From assembly GCA_013265495.1 (NCBI GenBank), contig MU058198.1, positions 3,112,419 to 3,176,418 of the forward strand: a DNA stretch of 64,000 nucleotides. The letters are read 5' to 3'. Made by a program: the position numbers and the translations under genes. How positions within the stretch are numbered: position 1 is the stretch's first letter; the number at the start of each line of letters is the position of its first letter. Shown in pieces: positions 1 through 13,062 of this stretch. The notes under the pieces were generated by a model. That model saw only the letters and a list, made by a program, of their open reading frames with translations. It ran no database searches and was not told the origin of the DNA. The stretch comes from Vicugna vicugna. Its lineage: Eukaryota.

Positions 1-482
1 CCTCTTTTGTTGAAGATTAATTGACCGTAGGTCTGTGGGTTTATTTTTGGACTCTCTATTCTGTTCCATTGATCCATATGTTTGTCTTTATGCCAATACC
101 ATGTTGTTTTGATTACTGTAGCTCTGTAGTATGGTCTGAAGTCTGGGAGGGTTATGCCTCCAGCTTTGTTCTTTTTCTTCAATATTGCTTTGGCAATACT
201 GGGTCTTCTGTGATTCCACATAAATTTTAGGATTGTTCTAGTTTTGTGAAAAATGTCCTGGGTAATTTGATGGGCATTGCATTAAATCTGTAGATTGCCT
301 TGATCAGTATAGTCATTTTAATGATATTGATTCTTCCAATTCAAGAGCATGGAATGTTTTTCTATTTCTTTAAGTCATCTTTAATTTCCTTAATCAATGT
401 TTTATAGTTCTTCATGTATAAGTCTTTCACCTCCTTGGTCAGATTTATTTGTAAGTATTTTATTTTTTTGGATGCGATTTTA
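1..482 (-). mobile_element. LINE-1 ORF2-region fragment, cut by the window edge
   Basis: Typical antisense L1 ORF2 text (ctctattctgttccattgatc, ttttgattactgtagctctgtagt, gcattaaatctgtagattgc, tctttcacctccttggt). Confidence 0.9.
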
Positions 483-489
483 AAAAGGA

Positions 490-1300
490 ACTAAAACAAT
501 TCTTGTTAAGAAAATAATACAAGAAAATAAATCTATTCTGGAGATGAAAACTGTATGTATTGAGTTTTAAAAGACCACAGAGGCAGTTAGCAGAAGATTG
601 AAGGTTGCATCAAATCAAGTCAGTGAATCATAAGGATAGGTTAAAAGGTTCTGTAACTCAGAGAGAAAGAATGAGAGGGGGAAAAAAGATAAGCAGATTG
701 GAGAAGATATTCAAGGAATAAATGTGCATGCAATTGGATCCTCAGAAAAACAGAACAGAGAAGAAAGATTCAAAGGAAGAACAGAAGAAATTCTCACTGA
801 ACAGAGGAAATATTTGAATTCACGAAGTAAGACAATTCCTTGATCAACTGGCAAAAATTAAAATAAAAATCTCCAAAATATGTATATAGCCTAGTAAAAC
901 TTTTTAAAATGTCAAACATACAGAAAAAATCCTACAAGAACCCAGGCCAAAAAAAAAGAAAAACAGAACTAGATTATGTACAAGTTGGGTTACCAGCAGA
1001 TTTCTAAGATTGAGACATCGTAGTAATGCTAGAAAAATGTGTATGATTTTTGTTGGAAAAGATTATGATCCATTTACAGGCAAGTGAAAGAGGAAAAAAA
1101 ATCTAGCATGCAGGAGTTCAGAAAAGATACCACCCATGTATGTTTCCAAAGAAAAATTCATAAAGAATTTCTTTAGCCTATGAAATAATTCTAAATAAAG
1201 ATCCCAGGGACAGAAATGGTAAGAAATAAAAACCCTAGTAAAAGAAGAGGTAAGCAATCTGAATGTAAACATCTCAGATCATTTTGATAATACCAATAAT
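490..1300 (+). mobile_element. Old, degenerate L1M fragment (ORF1-like region)
   Basis: Strongly A-rich + strand with motifs resembling decayed L1 ORF1; no intact ORF. Confidence 0.5.
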
Positions 1301-1359
1301 AATTCTAAAGCTTTGTTAATTATCTATTGCCACATAACAATTACTCCAAAACTAGTGGT

Positions 1360-1647
1360 TTGGTAGCATTTGAATGGGTAGACGAGTAAAGCAGATTGGC
1401 CTTCCCAATGTGGGTGGGCCTCATCTAATCTGGTGAGAGCCTGAATAGGAAAAAAAAAGGTGGAGAAAAGGAGAATTCGATATATTCACTAAGAGTGTTG
1501 TGGTGGCAAAGAACAGAAACCCAATTAAAGCCAGCATAAGCTAAAAGGAGAATTAATTGTTTTACATAACTGAAAGATCCAGAGATAATTATGCAGGCTT
1601 CAGGCATGTCTTGATCCAGGGACTTAAATGATCTCACCCAGACTGTA

Positions 1648-1682
<35 letters not shown>

Positions 1683-1930
1683 TTCATTTTTTCTCTCTCT
1701 CTCAATTCTTCAGAAAGGCTCTCTCAATTCTGGTGGACAAAATGGGCTGAAGCAGCCCAAGATTCATATCCTAAAAGCTTAGCAACCCCAGGAGAAAGAT
1801 ACACTCTCTAGTACCCAAGTGCTGGGGAGAATTCTGATTGGCCTAAGTTGTGTCATATATCCATCCCTGAAGCAATTGCCATAGTCAGGGTGGTAGGGAT
1901 CTCTGATTGGCCAGGCCTATGTGTATAACG
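1360..1930. mobile_element. MLT2 fragment followed by an old MLT1 (MaLR) LTR remnant containing a (CT)n tract
   Basis: gagtaaagcagattggccttcccaatgtgggtgggcctcatctaatc is MLT2-like; aacagaaaccca...caggcttcaggcatg...tctgattggccaggcc is MLT1J/K-like; (CT)n at ~1650-1702. Confidence 0.65.
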
Positions 1931-1971
1931 CATCATTTTAAACTAAGTAAAGGATATCAAATCATACACAA

Positions 1972-2525
1972 GCTAGTTTTAAAATATATCCACAAATTCT
2001 TTCACATGCCTTCCTTTGAAAGGTGGAGTCTAATTTTTCTTCCCTTAAATGTGAACCCAACTTAGCGACTTATTTCTAATGAATAGAATGTGGCAGAAGT
2101 GATGGTGTGTGACTTCCAAGGCTAGATTATGAAAGACATTGCTGCTGCCACCTTGCACCCTCTTGGATTGCTTGGTCTGGAGGTGGTCAGCTGCCACGCT
2201 GTCAGGAGACTCAAGCAGCCCTGTGGGGAGAGCCACATGGGGAGGACTTCAGGCCTCTCACAAACAAGCAGCACGAACTTGACAGCCATGTGAGTAAGTC
2301 AGCTTAGAAATGAACCCTCCAGCCCTAATCAAGACTTCGGGTGACTGGAGCCCCAGCTGACATCCTGACCATTAACCTCATGGGACACCCTGAACCAGAA
2401 CCTCCCGCCTCAGCCCCACTTGAATTCATGACTCACACAAACTATGAAGATAATAAGTAGGTATTGATGTTTCAAGCCACTAAGTTTGGGGATGATTTGT
2501 TGTATGACACTGAGTGCTAATACAT
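1972..2525 (+). mobile_element. MLT1 (MaLR) LTR
   Basis: ccacaaattcttt...aggtggagtctaa, aatagaatgtggcagaagtgatggtgtgtgacttccaaggctag, and the 3' end aagccactaagtttggggatgatttgtt...ctaataca. Confidence 0.85.
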
Positions 2526-4929
2526 GTCCATTTTGCATCACGTGTTCACTCAATACTGTGTTTTTAGCTCCAGTGGCATTGATACACGTAGATAAGCTTA
2601 TTTATTTTGATTGCCCCAAGCACATTGTATTCATCCTTTCCCTTACTGCTGGGCTTTCTAAGTTGTTTCTGGTTTTGGTTTTGGTTTTGTTTTCCCCATT
2701 ATAGACCATGCCACTATGAGCAAACTTGTACATGCTTCCTGGTATAAAGGCTTTTTAGGCAATGAACACTAAAATTTTTCTGAAGAGTGCTAATTTATTC
2801 TCCAATGTAAATATCCCAAGGTGGTCTCCTACTTGCAGTGTGTGACAGTACCATTTCCCCACCACGTGCCTGATGCCACTGAAGCTGGCACTTGGAAAAG
2901 TGAAAAGAATCTCATTGTCTAATTTTCGTTTCCCTGCTATCCAGTGACCACGCCCACTTAGAGCCTCCTGCTTGCTATCGGGCCATCTTCTCCGGGACCC
3001 AGGAGGCACACTTGGAGCCAGAGTCCTCAGCAACACAGGACACACTGCTCGTCAGATTACTCCCTGGGACGTTCATCTTCCAAGGAATTTCCCATGATCC
3101 TCTACCCCGGGGAAAATTCTGTTCTTTGTCACTGGCCTGAGGAAATACCTAGAAAGGTTTCAGTCTGTGGGCCATTTCCAGGAAGGATGCAGGCTTTGGA
3201 CTAGGGTCTGGACTCACCCTGTTCTAGACCTAGGGGTCAGCTCTCCCCACAACCTTCCCCTCAGGATGTGTGGCAGCCTATGGGAAAGGCAGCAGCCAGC
3301 CAGGCCCTGAGCCAGAGTACAGAGCCTTCCATGAAAAGCACCCAAGAATTCCGCCCTTTGGACAGTGGCCCAATGGGACAAAGGGGAAAAGGAGGGAGGA
3401 GACATTAGCAAGCTTCCGTGTATTTCACGCACTTGGCTGGGCCCTCACCCCTTGGCTTCTGCCCTAAGGACCTGGTCAGTAGGAACACAGAAACAAGGTC
3501 ATGGCCTAGAATTTACCTCAGCGATGAGCTGTTCTCGCTGGTCCCTGAGGACCAGCCTAGGCCTCAAGCACAGTCTGTCTGCTCTCAGCCTGAATCACAT
3601 GACTCTGTCTCCCAAGACAGCCATCCACCATGCTGAGCTGCTTCCCCCTCCAGCCCCGGCTCCAGGCTACTGGATGTCTGTAGTAAGGCATGCTCGTTAT
3701 CAGAGTTCAGCCATCGGCAAAGCACCTTCACAACCGTCATCATACCCACATGCCCTTGCAAGATTCTTTAACACCTACCAGCTGTATTGGAAAAGGAGGC
3801 TTTCTATCTCTAACCAGCAACCATTGTCAAAAAAGAAGTCAACTACAGAACATAATAAGAACAAACGATGGCGGTGAGCACCATTAAACACCATCCTCTG
3901 CATCCTTTGTTTAGAAAGAGGCTAGTGAAAGTACAGTCGTGAAGACCCGCAAGAACCAAATTGAGATTTTTTTTCCCCAGTGATTCCGTATTATTGGATA
4001 TCTACAAGTTGCTTTGTCAAAGAGACCTGTACTTTTTCACCCACATTCACTTGGACCTTCCATAGTAATGGGATAGTGGCTATCCTAGCCCCTTTTGCGG
4101 GTCAGTGTTCTTCTGAGTAGCAGTGGGTTCTTCTGAGTAGAAGAGCAGATGCCACTTCATAAGACTTCTAAGACTGCAGGTGCCTCCTGTGCGTTCTTCC
4201 TGCTTCCCACTCACTGAGCTTCTGAACCACACGTTGACGGTGACCTAGTCACACCACTGGAAGGACTTCATGGAAGAGCAGCTCCACCCCTGAACAGCCC
4301 CCAAAGACTATTAAACAGGCAAGAAATGCATTTTTTCATCCATATTATTACATGTCTGGGTCTATTTGTTACAGCCACTTAGCCTACTGTGACACTCACC
4401 AAAACCCACAGCCTTTGCTCTTGATGGTATTTACTCAACAAAGGGAAAGAATGCATTGCTGTGATCAATGGTGTTGGGTGTGGGACAGATCTGGGTTTCA
4501 GTCCTGGCCCTGCCACTTATTAGATGTGCAGACTTGGGACAGTTAACTTCATTGAGCCTCATACTGTAAAATGGACCTAACAACCATACCACTACATCAT
4601 CTTTGTAAGAATTAAGTGAGAGAGTGTCTCATATTTACTTCATTTCTCAAGCATACCTTTGTTTTGTTTTGTTTATGTTACATTTTAATGTTTCTGAAAT
4701 CTAAGTGCAACTTTTAATAGATTTATATTTACATTTAATATGGTATTATTTCCCTTTTTTTAATTCTTCATTTCCTGGAAAAATGTTGTTATGTAAAGGA
4801 TGTGGGTGACACCTTAGAAGCAAGGAAATAAGATAGATAAAAGGCCCAATAAGTTCCCAATAAAGAGTAGCTGTGGTTTTTATTATTATAACTCCAGTAG
4901 CATTCCAGAGTGATGCAGTCAACCATTTA

Positions 4930-5165
4930 AACAAGAGGCTGGAAACAGGAGGCCCACTGGCCAAATCTGGCCCAGTGACATGTTTTGATGGGCCCATTTC
5001 ATTGAAAAGAATTGCCAAAGCGTGAAAACTGAAAAGCTTCATAGAGCAACCTGGATTCTCAGCTTCTTTTTAAAAATTCTGGAAAATCTGATTTCACTGG
5101 CCAGCCTTCTTGAGGAGCATCAGTCAGCTGGAGCTACCAGCAACAGCCCCCTTTACAAGCCAGTT
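4930..5165. mobile_element. hAT-Charlie MITE (MER102-like)
   Basis: ggccaaatctggccca...ctggattctcagcttcttttta...aaaatctg, recalled similarity. Confidence 0.55.
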
Positions 5166-5499
5166 CTCCACAATCCCCACTGCTTCTTATTGTGGTAACT
5201 CGCCATCTCATTCATGTATGTAAATCCCCTGGCTCCTAGTGGTACTGGACTGTGGGACCCCTCTGCTATAAACAGTGATGACTGAGTAACTGTCATGTAC
5301 ATCTGCTCTTCTGACTGAGCTAGGAGCTCACCAAACTGTGAGTTGGGGCAGGGATGGGTTGTACTGCTGTGTACCTGCATCTGGACGATATACCTGAATA
5401 GTCCCCATACAGTGGGCGGATACTTTCACAGTTAGGGAAGGAGATGATAAAGAGGACCTCTTTTCCTAATCTCACACCTGGTGTGGCAGTCACTTTTTT

Positions 5500-6530
5500 A
5501 AAAAAAATCTTAGTTTTCTTCATTGAGGTGTACCCTACCCACAGAAAAAGAAAAAGCTCACATAGCATAAATAGACAGTGTAATGACTTGTCACAGGCTG
5601 CATACAGGTGGCTGATTAACACCTTTCTTTTCACAAGAAAGAAAATACCTCCAGCACCCCCCAAAAGTCTGCTTCACATCCCCTTTCAGTCACTACCCTC
5701 CCCTGGCTTTTAACAGCATAGTCTAGTTTCTCCTAATTCTTTATTTCATATGAATGTAAACATACAGTATATACTGTATGGCTTCTTTTGCTCAACACTA
5801 GGTTTAAAATTCATATATGCTATTGCATGCTATTTTTAGAGAGTTCGTTATCATTGGTGATAGAATTCCCATGTTTCAATAGACCACGACTTATCCATTC
5901 TACTGTTGATAGGCATTTGGTAGCTTCTAGTTTGGAGTTATTACAAAGAGTGCTGCTGTGAATATTCTAGTACATGTCTCTTGTTAAATAAATAACCATA
6001 CACACATGTATTTATATGCATATTTTTTCCTTTGCTGGGTATTTCTGCTGAAGGTGGAATTCCTGGGTCCTAGAGAATGGGCAAGTCCAACTTTCTGAAG
6101 CTAAAGTGTTTTTCAAAGTGATTATAACAATTTTCACTTCCACCAGCAGAGTATGAGCATTCCAGTTGCTCCACATCCTTATCAACATTTGTTAATTTCC
6201 ATTTCTGATTTTAGCCATCCAGGTGGACGTATAATGGTAACTCGCTATGGTTTTAATGGATGCTTATCTGATGATTGATGATGGCAAGTACATTTTTAGG
6301 TGTTTATAGACCACCTGAGTACTCTCTTTTGTGAAGTTACTGTTTTTCTATTGACTTTTTCTTCTCTAGTGGGTTGTCTGTCTTTTTCTTTTTGATTCAT
6401 AAGTCTTTGTATATTCTGTATTTATTTCCATTTCAGCATCTTTTTCCCCAGAGCTGTTTGCCTTTTCACTCTCTTTGTGGAATTATTTGATGAGCAGACA
6501 GAAGTTCTTAGTTTTAATATTGTCCAATTT
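5500..6530 (-). mobile_element. Old L1M 3' region
   Basis: ggcttcttttgctcaaca, ccattctactgttgataggcatttgg, ttccaccagcagagtatgagcattccagttgctccacatcct. Confidence 0.8.
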
Positions 6531-6532
6531 AT

Positions 6533-6591
<59 letters not shown>

Positions 6592-6606
6592 TAGTGGTGG
6601 TGGTGG
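6533..6606 (+). repeat. (GT)n microsatellite followed by (GGT)n
   Basis: Read directly from the sequence. Confidence 0.95.
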
Positions 6607-6751
6607 TACTTTTTGTGTTCTGGCAGACACTTTCAGTTGTCTGTAAATATCTATTCCCCATTTTCCCTTTGAAAATTCAGCCTAGCTGAAGAATTTGCCC
6701 TCCCAGCCTCCCTTGCAGATAGGATGGCCATATTTAAACTATGGCCCATGG

Positions 6752-7352
6752 TGTTACAGACACTGGAGCCTTTAAAAAAAATCCCTGAGTGCATCTTACA
6801 GAGCAGCAGATAAGGAAACAACTTGTTAGAAACCCCTCTGTTAGTGACCTGCCTTTCTGATAGAGCCTGCTTTTGCTGTTTTTCCCCTCTCTCTAACTGC
6901 TTACCCTCCAAGCTCCAAGCTTCACGTAGCCTAGGTAATATATCACCAGACTTCTTAACCACCCCTGTAGATAATGCTTCTGACATATGGGTCACTATAG
7001 TAACAGGGGCTTAAGTTGTTTTCCAGAAATTGGGAGTTGGCTTCTGCCCAATTCAGGCTGGCTTAGACTAGTGGTGACCATCGACCTTAGACCCTAAAAA
7101 TGCACCTGCCCAGAACACCAATTACCTCACCTTTTCCTTACTTCCAGTCACCTTTCCCCACACCTTAAGACCACCTTGTTTCTTTATCCCATAAATATCT
7201 CAAGTTTCTTGCCTTCTGGGAGGTGGATCTCAGATTTGTTCTAATATCTTCTCACTTGGCTGCCTCGTAAATAAAACCTTTCTCTGTTGCAACCTCAGTG
7301 TCTTACAGTTTGACTTGCTGCATGTTGGGCAAACAAACCTGGTTCAGTAACA
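6752..7352 (+). mobile_element. Solo LTR (~600 bp, ERV1-like) inserted in an MLT1 LTR
   Basis: Inverted termini TGTTAC (6752) and GTAACA (7352), TATA-like cataaat at ~7190, AATAAA at ~7270; MLT1 sequence lies on both sides (~6660-6750 and 7353-7740). The TSD is imperfect. Confidence 0.75.
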
Positions 7353-7915
7353 AATGACACAGCTCTGGCCAATGAGATATAAACAGAACCCTGCTGGAAG
7401 GAAGAGAGCTCTGGGGAGCCTTTGCTCTACTAATAAAATGAGTCAGCTGTGACTATCCCTCCCCTACCCTCCATCTTGTGCTTTGAATGCAAATAGGATG
7501 TATGGAGCTGCAGCAGCCATCCTGTAACTATGAGGGAAAGGCCAAGAGAACCACAAAGACCTCAGCCCAACGTCAATGAGTAGCTAAACCAAAATAAATA
7601 ATAAACACACAGACACACACACATATGTTTAAATGTATATATTTTTCCTTTGCTGTTCTGGACTTTCTGCATATGATATAAATGAACCTCTATTTATCAC
7701 TTTCTGTGACTTGTAGCCAAACTCGTTCCTAACTGATAACAAAATAGTCCTCTATCTCTCCCCTGTAATTCATCCCAGGCTAATCTTCCTAAAATCCAGT
7801 GGTTTGCATGTTCTCCCTCTGATCAGATGTCTTCAGTGCCCTCTATTCTGGTTTTCAAGGGCCTCCAAAAGTTGATCACAGCCTCCATTTCCAATTCTGT
7901 CTTCCATTCACTTCT

Positions 7916-8306
7916 TCTTCTTTTTTTTTAATTGAAGTATAGCCAGTTTATACTGTTGTGTCAATTTTTGGTGTACAGCATAATAGTTCAGTTATACATA
8001 TACATATATATTCATTTTCATATTCTTTTTCATTATAGGTTACTAGAAGATGTTGAATATCGTTCCCTGTGCTAAACCAAATACAGTACAAGCTTGTTTT
8101 TTAATCTATTTTATAGATAGTAGTTAGTATCTGCAAATCTCGAACTCCCAATTTATCCCTTCCCACCCCTTCTCCCCTTAGTAACTATAAGTTTGTTTTC
8201 TATGTCTGTGAGTCTGTTTCTGTTGTGGAAATAAGTTCATTTGTCTTTTTTTTTTTAGATTCCACGTAGAAGTGATATCATATGGTATTTTTCTTTTTCT
8301 CTCTGG
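7916..8306 (-). mobile_element. 5'-truncated young L1 (3' UTR) with TSD
   Basis: T-tract then attgaagtatag...ttccctgtgct...aagtttgttttctatgtctgtgagtctgtttctg; 12-bp TSD ccattcacttct at 7904-7915 and 8307-8318. Confidence 0.9.
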
Positions 8307-8815
8307 CCATTCACTTCTGATTCACACAGTTCAGTCCTTCTCTTCCTCAGTCTCCTTACTCAGCCCCACTTTTTCTCTTCTCACCTGAAATTTCAAGAGC
8401 AATGTCAACAGAGTTCTGAATTCTATGTCCAGTTGTGATGTTGTTCATGTGTAAAGAGAACCTAAAGGTGGTCTCAAGTAAAGAAAAATTCAAATTTAGG
8501 GTACTATTTACTCATTCTGGAAAAATCTGATTGAGGATACAATGCAGCCAATTGGAAGATGAAAAACAAACGCATGGAGAATGTCTAGTGTGAGAGCACT
8601 GGGGTGGTTTTTACCACACCCCAATGAGCAGAGGACTAAATCTAAGGAGAATTACGGTGAGGACCTGGTAACTATAGCTGTGAAAGATAAGGTGCAGTCA
8701 TTGTTATGAATATTGAAAGAAACGTCCTCACAATAATATTTTAATTACATTCAGCTGGGAATGTCACTTAAGCGATATATCAAACAAAAGAGAGAACATT
8801 GTTTTCGTTCAAATG

Positions 8816-8942
8816 TTTTTTCTTTTTTTTAAGGGGGAGGTAATTAGGTTTATCTATTTATTTCTTTCGGTACCAGGGATTGAACCCAGGACTTGTGCAT
8901 GCTAGGCATGCACTCTGCCACTGAGCTATTACCCACCATCCC
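8816..8942 (-). mobile_element. tRNA-derived SINE (camelid Vic-1-like)
   Basis: Reverse complement has A box tagctcagtgg, B box gttcaatcc and the tail aaacctaattacctcccc followed by an A-rich tract. Confidence 0.85.
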
Positions 8943-10494
8943 CGATAACATCCAAAGAGTTCTTACAAATCTGTGAGAAAGGTAGAAACAAATGAGGACA
9001 TTCCCGAAGAAATAAAAATGACTAGAAATTATACCAAAGACACTCAACTTTACGAATGATTAAATATATGCAAGTTAAACAGGAATTTTTGTTCAATGTC
9101 ACCTCCTGGATTGGCAAAGAATAAAAGTTGGTAATACCAGTGTTTGAAGGATGTAGAGGAACAGGCGCTCTGATCGTTTATTGGTGGCTCTATAAATGGG
9201 CGCAATCTTTGTGGATGGTGTCTCAGATTCTCTATCAAAATATAAATTACAACGAGGACAAGGAACTCTCCAGACATCACCAACCAGCCCATGTGCCCGC
9301 CGAATAAAGTTGCATTTTTAAAATATTCATCATATGATTACTACTCTCCCCAACTTTCCCGGATAGCAAAAACTGCAGGGTTCCCCACCCCCATGCTTGG
9401 CTCTCCAAGGAATGCTTAGAAGTCCCATTCCCATGTCACTTGTCACTTCAGCACCTTGAATCACCCTGGTTTGAATTACTGCTGCTCAGGACTTGGCAGT
9501 TCATCTTGAACTCTCTGTCTTGTGGCCCCCATACCATTCCAATCACAGACACAGACACAGGCTTAACCCTAACCCTAACCTCCTTTCAAGACATAATGAA
9601 AGTGTTGAACCAGACTTAACTGAGTGCTTAAGGAAAATCAGAAATATGGCCCAGAAGCTGCCTGACACAGCTTCTCCAAGTAATTGTTCCTGGAGATCCC
9701 AGGCTCAACCCAACCTCCCTACAGCCCAGTCAAAAGCCATACAAGATTTTCTGTCCTTTCTGTTGAATAGAAGACATTTCTTTTCCTACTGTGCACAGTT
9801 CTCCAAATGTTTGAATTTTTATGAGGATAATGTTTCACTTTATAATCAGAAAAATATATGCACACAGGATAAAACCAGGTAGGGGTAAAAAAAATCGACC
9901 CAGGAGTTATAGGTGGATCCAACTAACACATCTAACAAGATTCTGGTGGCCAGAACAGGCAGCTGGATGAAGGAACACCCCTCCTAGAGTACATCTCGTT
10001 CCCGTCTGGGTGTGCCACGCGTTACAGGCACTCAATAAATGTTTGTTGAATGAATAAATTAATGTTGACCACCCCCCTCCCAATTCCCTTATGAGATAAA
10101 GTCCAAACTCATTTGAATGGATTCCAAGTCTTCACGTCCTGGCCTTAAACTTTCGTCATTTCACTCCAGTCACACCACTGTATTCAGTGGCCCTTTGCCT
10201 CTGCTATCTTATCCTTCCTTCAAGGCTGGCTTTCGCCTTCCAAGTCCACCAGCCTCCGACCTATCCTGTGTTGATATTCGCCCCTTCTTCCCTGAGCTTG
10301 AAACCTGCTTAGTCTTCCTCACATATCATTTTATGTATTAGTTCTTTTTCTATACGTAAATACATCCTGGGGGCAGGGGGGGGCAGGTGCAGTTTCTCTC
10401 TCCTGCTCCTGTTTCTTCCCTGCAGTTAATGATCAATAACTTGTTGTTGATTTCTGAGTTCATGATTCTTCTCCTTCTGTTCACTGAATCAGCA

Positions 10495-10800
10495 GTTCTG
10501 TCTTAGGCTGCATTTCCTGGAAGTGGATCTGGGGGCCTGAAACCAGGATTTGTGAGAAAGCAATTTATTAGGAAGTGTTACAGGAAAAGGGGTAGAAGAG
10601 CGAAGAAGTGGGGCGGGAGGTGGGGAGGAGATGGAGCAAGGATAGGTTATCAAGTCACAGAGAGGGCAATGGTGGCTCACCCCTCCAGGGAGCCTTGGGA
10701 ACAGTGTAGATCACACCTAGAGCTGTCCCTCGAGGACAAGGAGCTGGAGCATTCACCCCTCCCCCTCGCCATCAGTCACTGATTAGGGCTGTCCCGGAGC
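10495..10800 (-). mobile_element. ERVL-type LTR remnant (LTR16/LTR33-like)
   Basis: tgtcttaggctg...caggatttgtgagaaagcaatttattaggaagtg resembles the reverse 3' end of LTR16-class elements. Confidence 0.55.
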
Positions 10801-11869
10801 AGAAAGACTTTTAGGTATTTCTGGCTCTGTAGAGTGTGGGGGGTGGGGGGCAGAGGCAGTAGCAGGTTCTGGCAGGAGAGTACTGGTTGCTGGACTGAAA
10901 ACACACAGGCGCCTGCAGTACACAAACGTGGTAAAATGGTCAGCGTGTGGGCAGCTGACCCCGTCTGCACTTCAGACATTTACTGAATATCTATGCCACT
11001 GCAGACACTGCTTGGAAATTGTCAAGGCACAGCCTTAGCCCTGAAGGTCCAGGCCTAACGTCTTGAAGAGGCGACAGTCACACAGAATTCGGTCCTGTCC
11101 AGGTCCAGGGAGAGCGGTGGGAAAGTTGGAGAGCCTAAGTCATGCCCAGAAATCACCTGGGCAGGTGGAGCCCGGGGAGGAGGTGGAAAGACTGCCCAGG
11201 TGGTTTCTGAGCAGTAAGTCATGCTCTTCAAGAATGAGTAAGGGGAAGAGGGTATTCCCAGCAAAAGGAACAGCATGTACAGAGGCAGAGAAACAAAAGT
11301 ACACGTTTGTTTGGAAATGGGGAGTAGTTGGCTGTGGCTGGAACACAGGGTGTGGGAGAAAGGAAGCGAGCTGGGAGCTGGGGCTGTAAAGAGAGTCGGG
11401 TGAGGTGGGGAAGAGTTTTTCCGCCTTGCTCAGGAGACAGTAAAATTTTAAGACGAGTCTGGCCATGATTACAGAGGTGTTTTAGGAAGAGAAGGGCCAT
11501 ATAAATCATATATTGGACATCCAGTGTTCTATCAGCCCAGCATCCATGACTCCAACCAAAGCATCCACTTCTCAAGACACAGTGATTGCTCAGGGAGAGG
11601 CTCAAGGCCAAGCAGCAGACGGAGCCAGGTCTGGAGCTGCACATAGGGTGGAGGGAGACCTGGGGCAGCTGGAGACCAGCATGCAGGAAAGGGCAAGAGA
11701 TGGAGGCAGGGAGAAGAGTTTCTGAGGGCATTCGCTCAGCACCTAATCCAGCGGGACACGAGAACATCAGTATTCCCTGTGAGTGTGAATATCAATTAAT
11801 TTCCATAAATTCCCTTTTTCTAGCTTAAGCCAGCTTGAATCAGGTTTTTGTCCCATTAAGACTCGCCAC

Positions 11870-12070
11870 TAACTATATATAAAATAGATAAACAACAAAG
11901 ACCTACTGTATAGCACAGGGAACTAGATTCAATAACTTGTAATAACCTATAATGGAAAAGAATCTGAAAAAATATGTATGTATGTATATGTATAACTGAA
12001 TCACTTTGCTGTACACCTAAAAGTAACATTGTAAATTAACTACAATTCAATTTAAAATTTCTATTAAAAA
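11870..12070 (+). mobile_element. Young L1 3' end
   Basis: aaaatagataaacaacaaagacctactgtatagcacagggaact...ataactgaatcactttgctgtacacct. Confidence 0.9.
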
Positions 12071-12093
12071 TCATGTTTCAAAACCAAACTACG

Positions 12094-12250
12094 GTGGGGA
12101 GGGTATAGCTGAAGTGGTAGAGCACCTGCTTAACATGCACGCGGTCCTGCGTTCAATCCCCAGTACCTCCTCCAAATATAAATAAATAAACCTAATTACC
12201 TCCCCCTCATAAAACAAAACAAACAAAATATGAATAAACAAAAACCCTTC
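12094..12250 (+). mobile_element. tRNA-derived SINE (Vic-1-like)
   Basis: ggggagggtatagctgaagtggtagagc...gttcaatccccagtacctcc...aaacctaattacctcccc plus an A-rich tail. Confidence 0.9.
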
Positions 12251-13010
12251 TGAATATGCAGCAAAAACAACCCCTTCATGATAGAGGGAAAAACTATGAT
12301 GTCATAACACAAAACTCTGCAAAATATTGGACAGTTTGGACCAAGTTTGAAAGGAATGCCAAGCACAACCCATATGCCCCATTTCTGAGCTCGAGTATAA
12401 AATGAAATAATGCCCAAAGGGCGCATGACTTCCCTGGAATTCCTGGAGAGAGAATGGATGCACTGAGAGGCTTAGGAGAGACAGGAAGCATACCGTTTGA
12501 TAACTGTTCCCTACGATGTTCATCAGTGGTATTTGAATCAGAAGAGGAAGTCCCAGCAAAACTTTTCCATGTCCCCCTACCCAACACTTCCCTGAACGAG
12601 GGACAGTCAAACACACTGGGGACGTCAAGGGCATGACTCAGCCTGCAGGGCACTAGCTGCCCCCAGAATTCATGCGGCACAGATAGTCTTCTACCTAAAG
12701 GGGGCTTTGCCATCCAGGTGCCCATGCAGCCATCAACAGCTTTGGAGAATGCTGCCAAGGTGGTTTTCAGAGGAAAATGCCTAGCCTTAAAGGCGTTTAT
12801 TAATAATTAAACAATTCTAAAATAACTCAACTGTGCCGTCAACTCAAGAAATTAGGACAAGTAAAACAAAATAAATCAAAAGAAAGCAGAAGGAGAAAAT
12901 GTACAAAATTGCTAATGGAAGTGGGGGAGGGGAAGGGAAAAAGGACAGAATTGGTAAAACCAAGAGCTGCTTATTTAAAAGGACTAGATAGGACTAGACA
13001 ATAGAATTAG

Positions 13011-13022
13011 GTGAGTGTGAGA

Positions 13023-13060
<38 letters not shown>
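13011..13060 (+). repeat. (GT)n microsatellite
   Basis: Read directly from the sequence. Confidence 0.95.

Positions 13061-13062
<2 letters not shown>

Noticed and set aside
3365..3887. 170-aa ORF and neighbours
   Set aside because: No recognisable homology or exon structure; may be decayed LTR-element internal sequence.
4103..4140. Short duplication cagtg(gg)ttcttctgagtag (similar micro-duplications at ~12981 and ~17468)
   Set aside because: Ordinary slippage duplications; no array structure, so not CRISPR-like.
9565..9581. Telomere-like (TAACCC)n
   Set aside because: Fewer than three units; too short to call an interstitial telomeric site.
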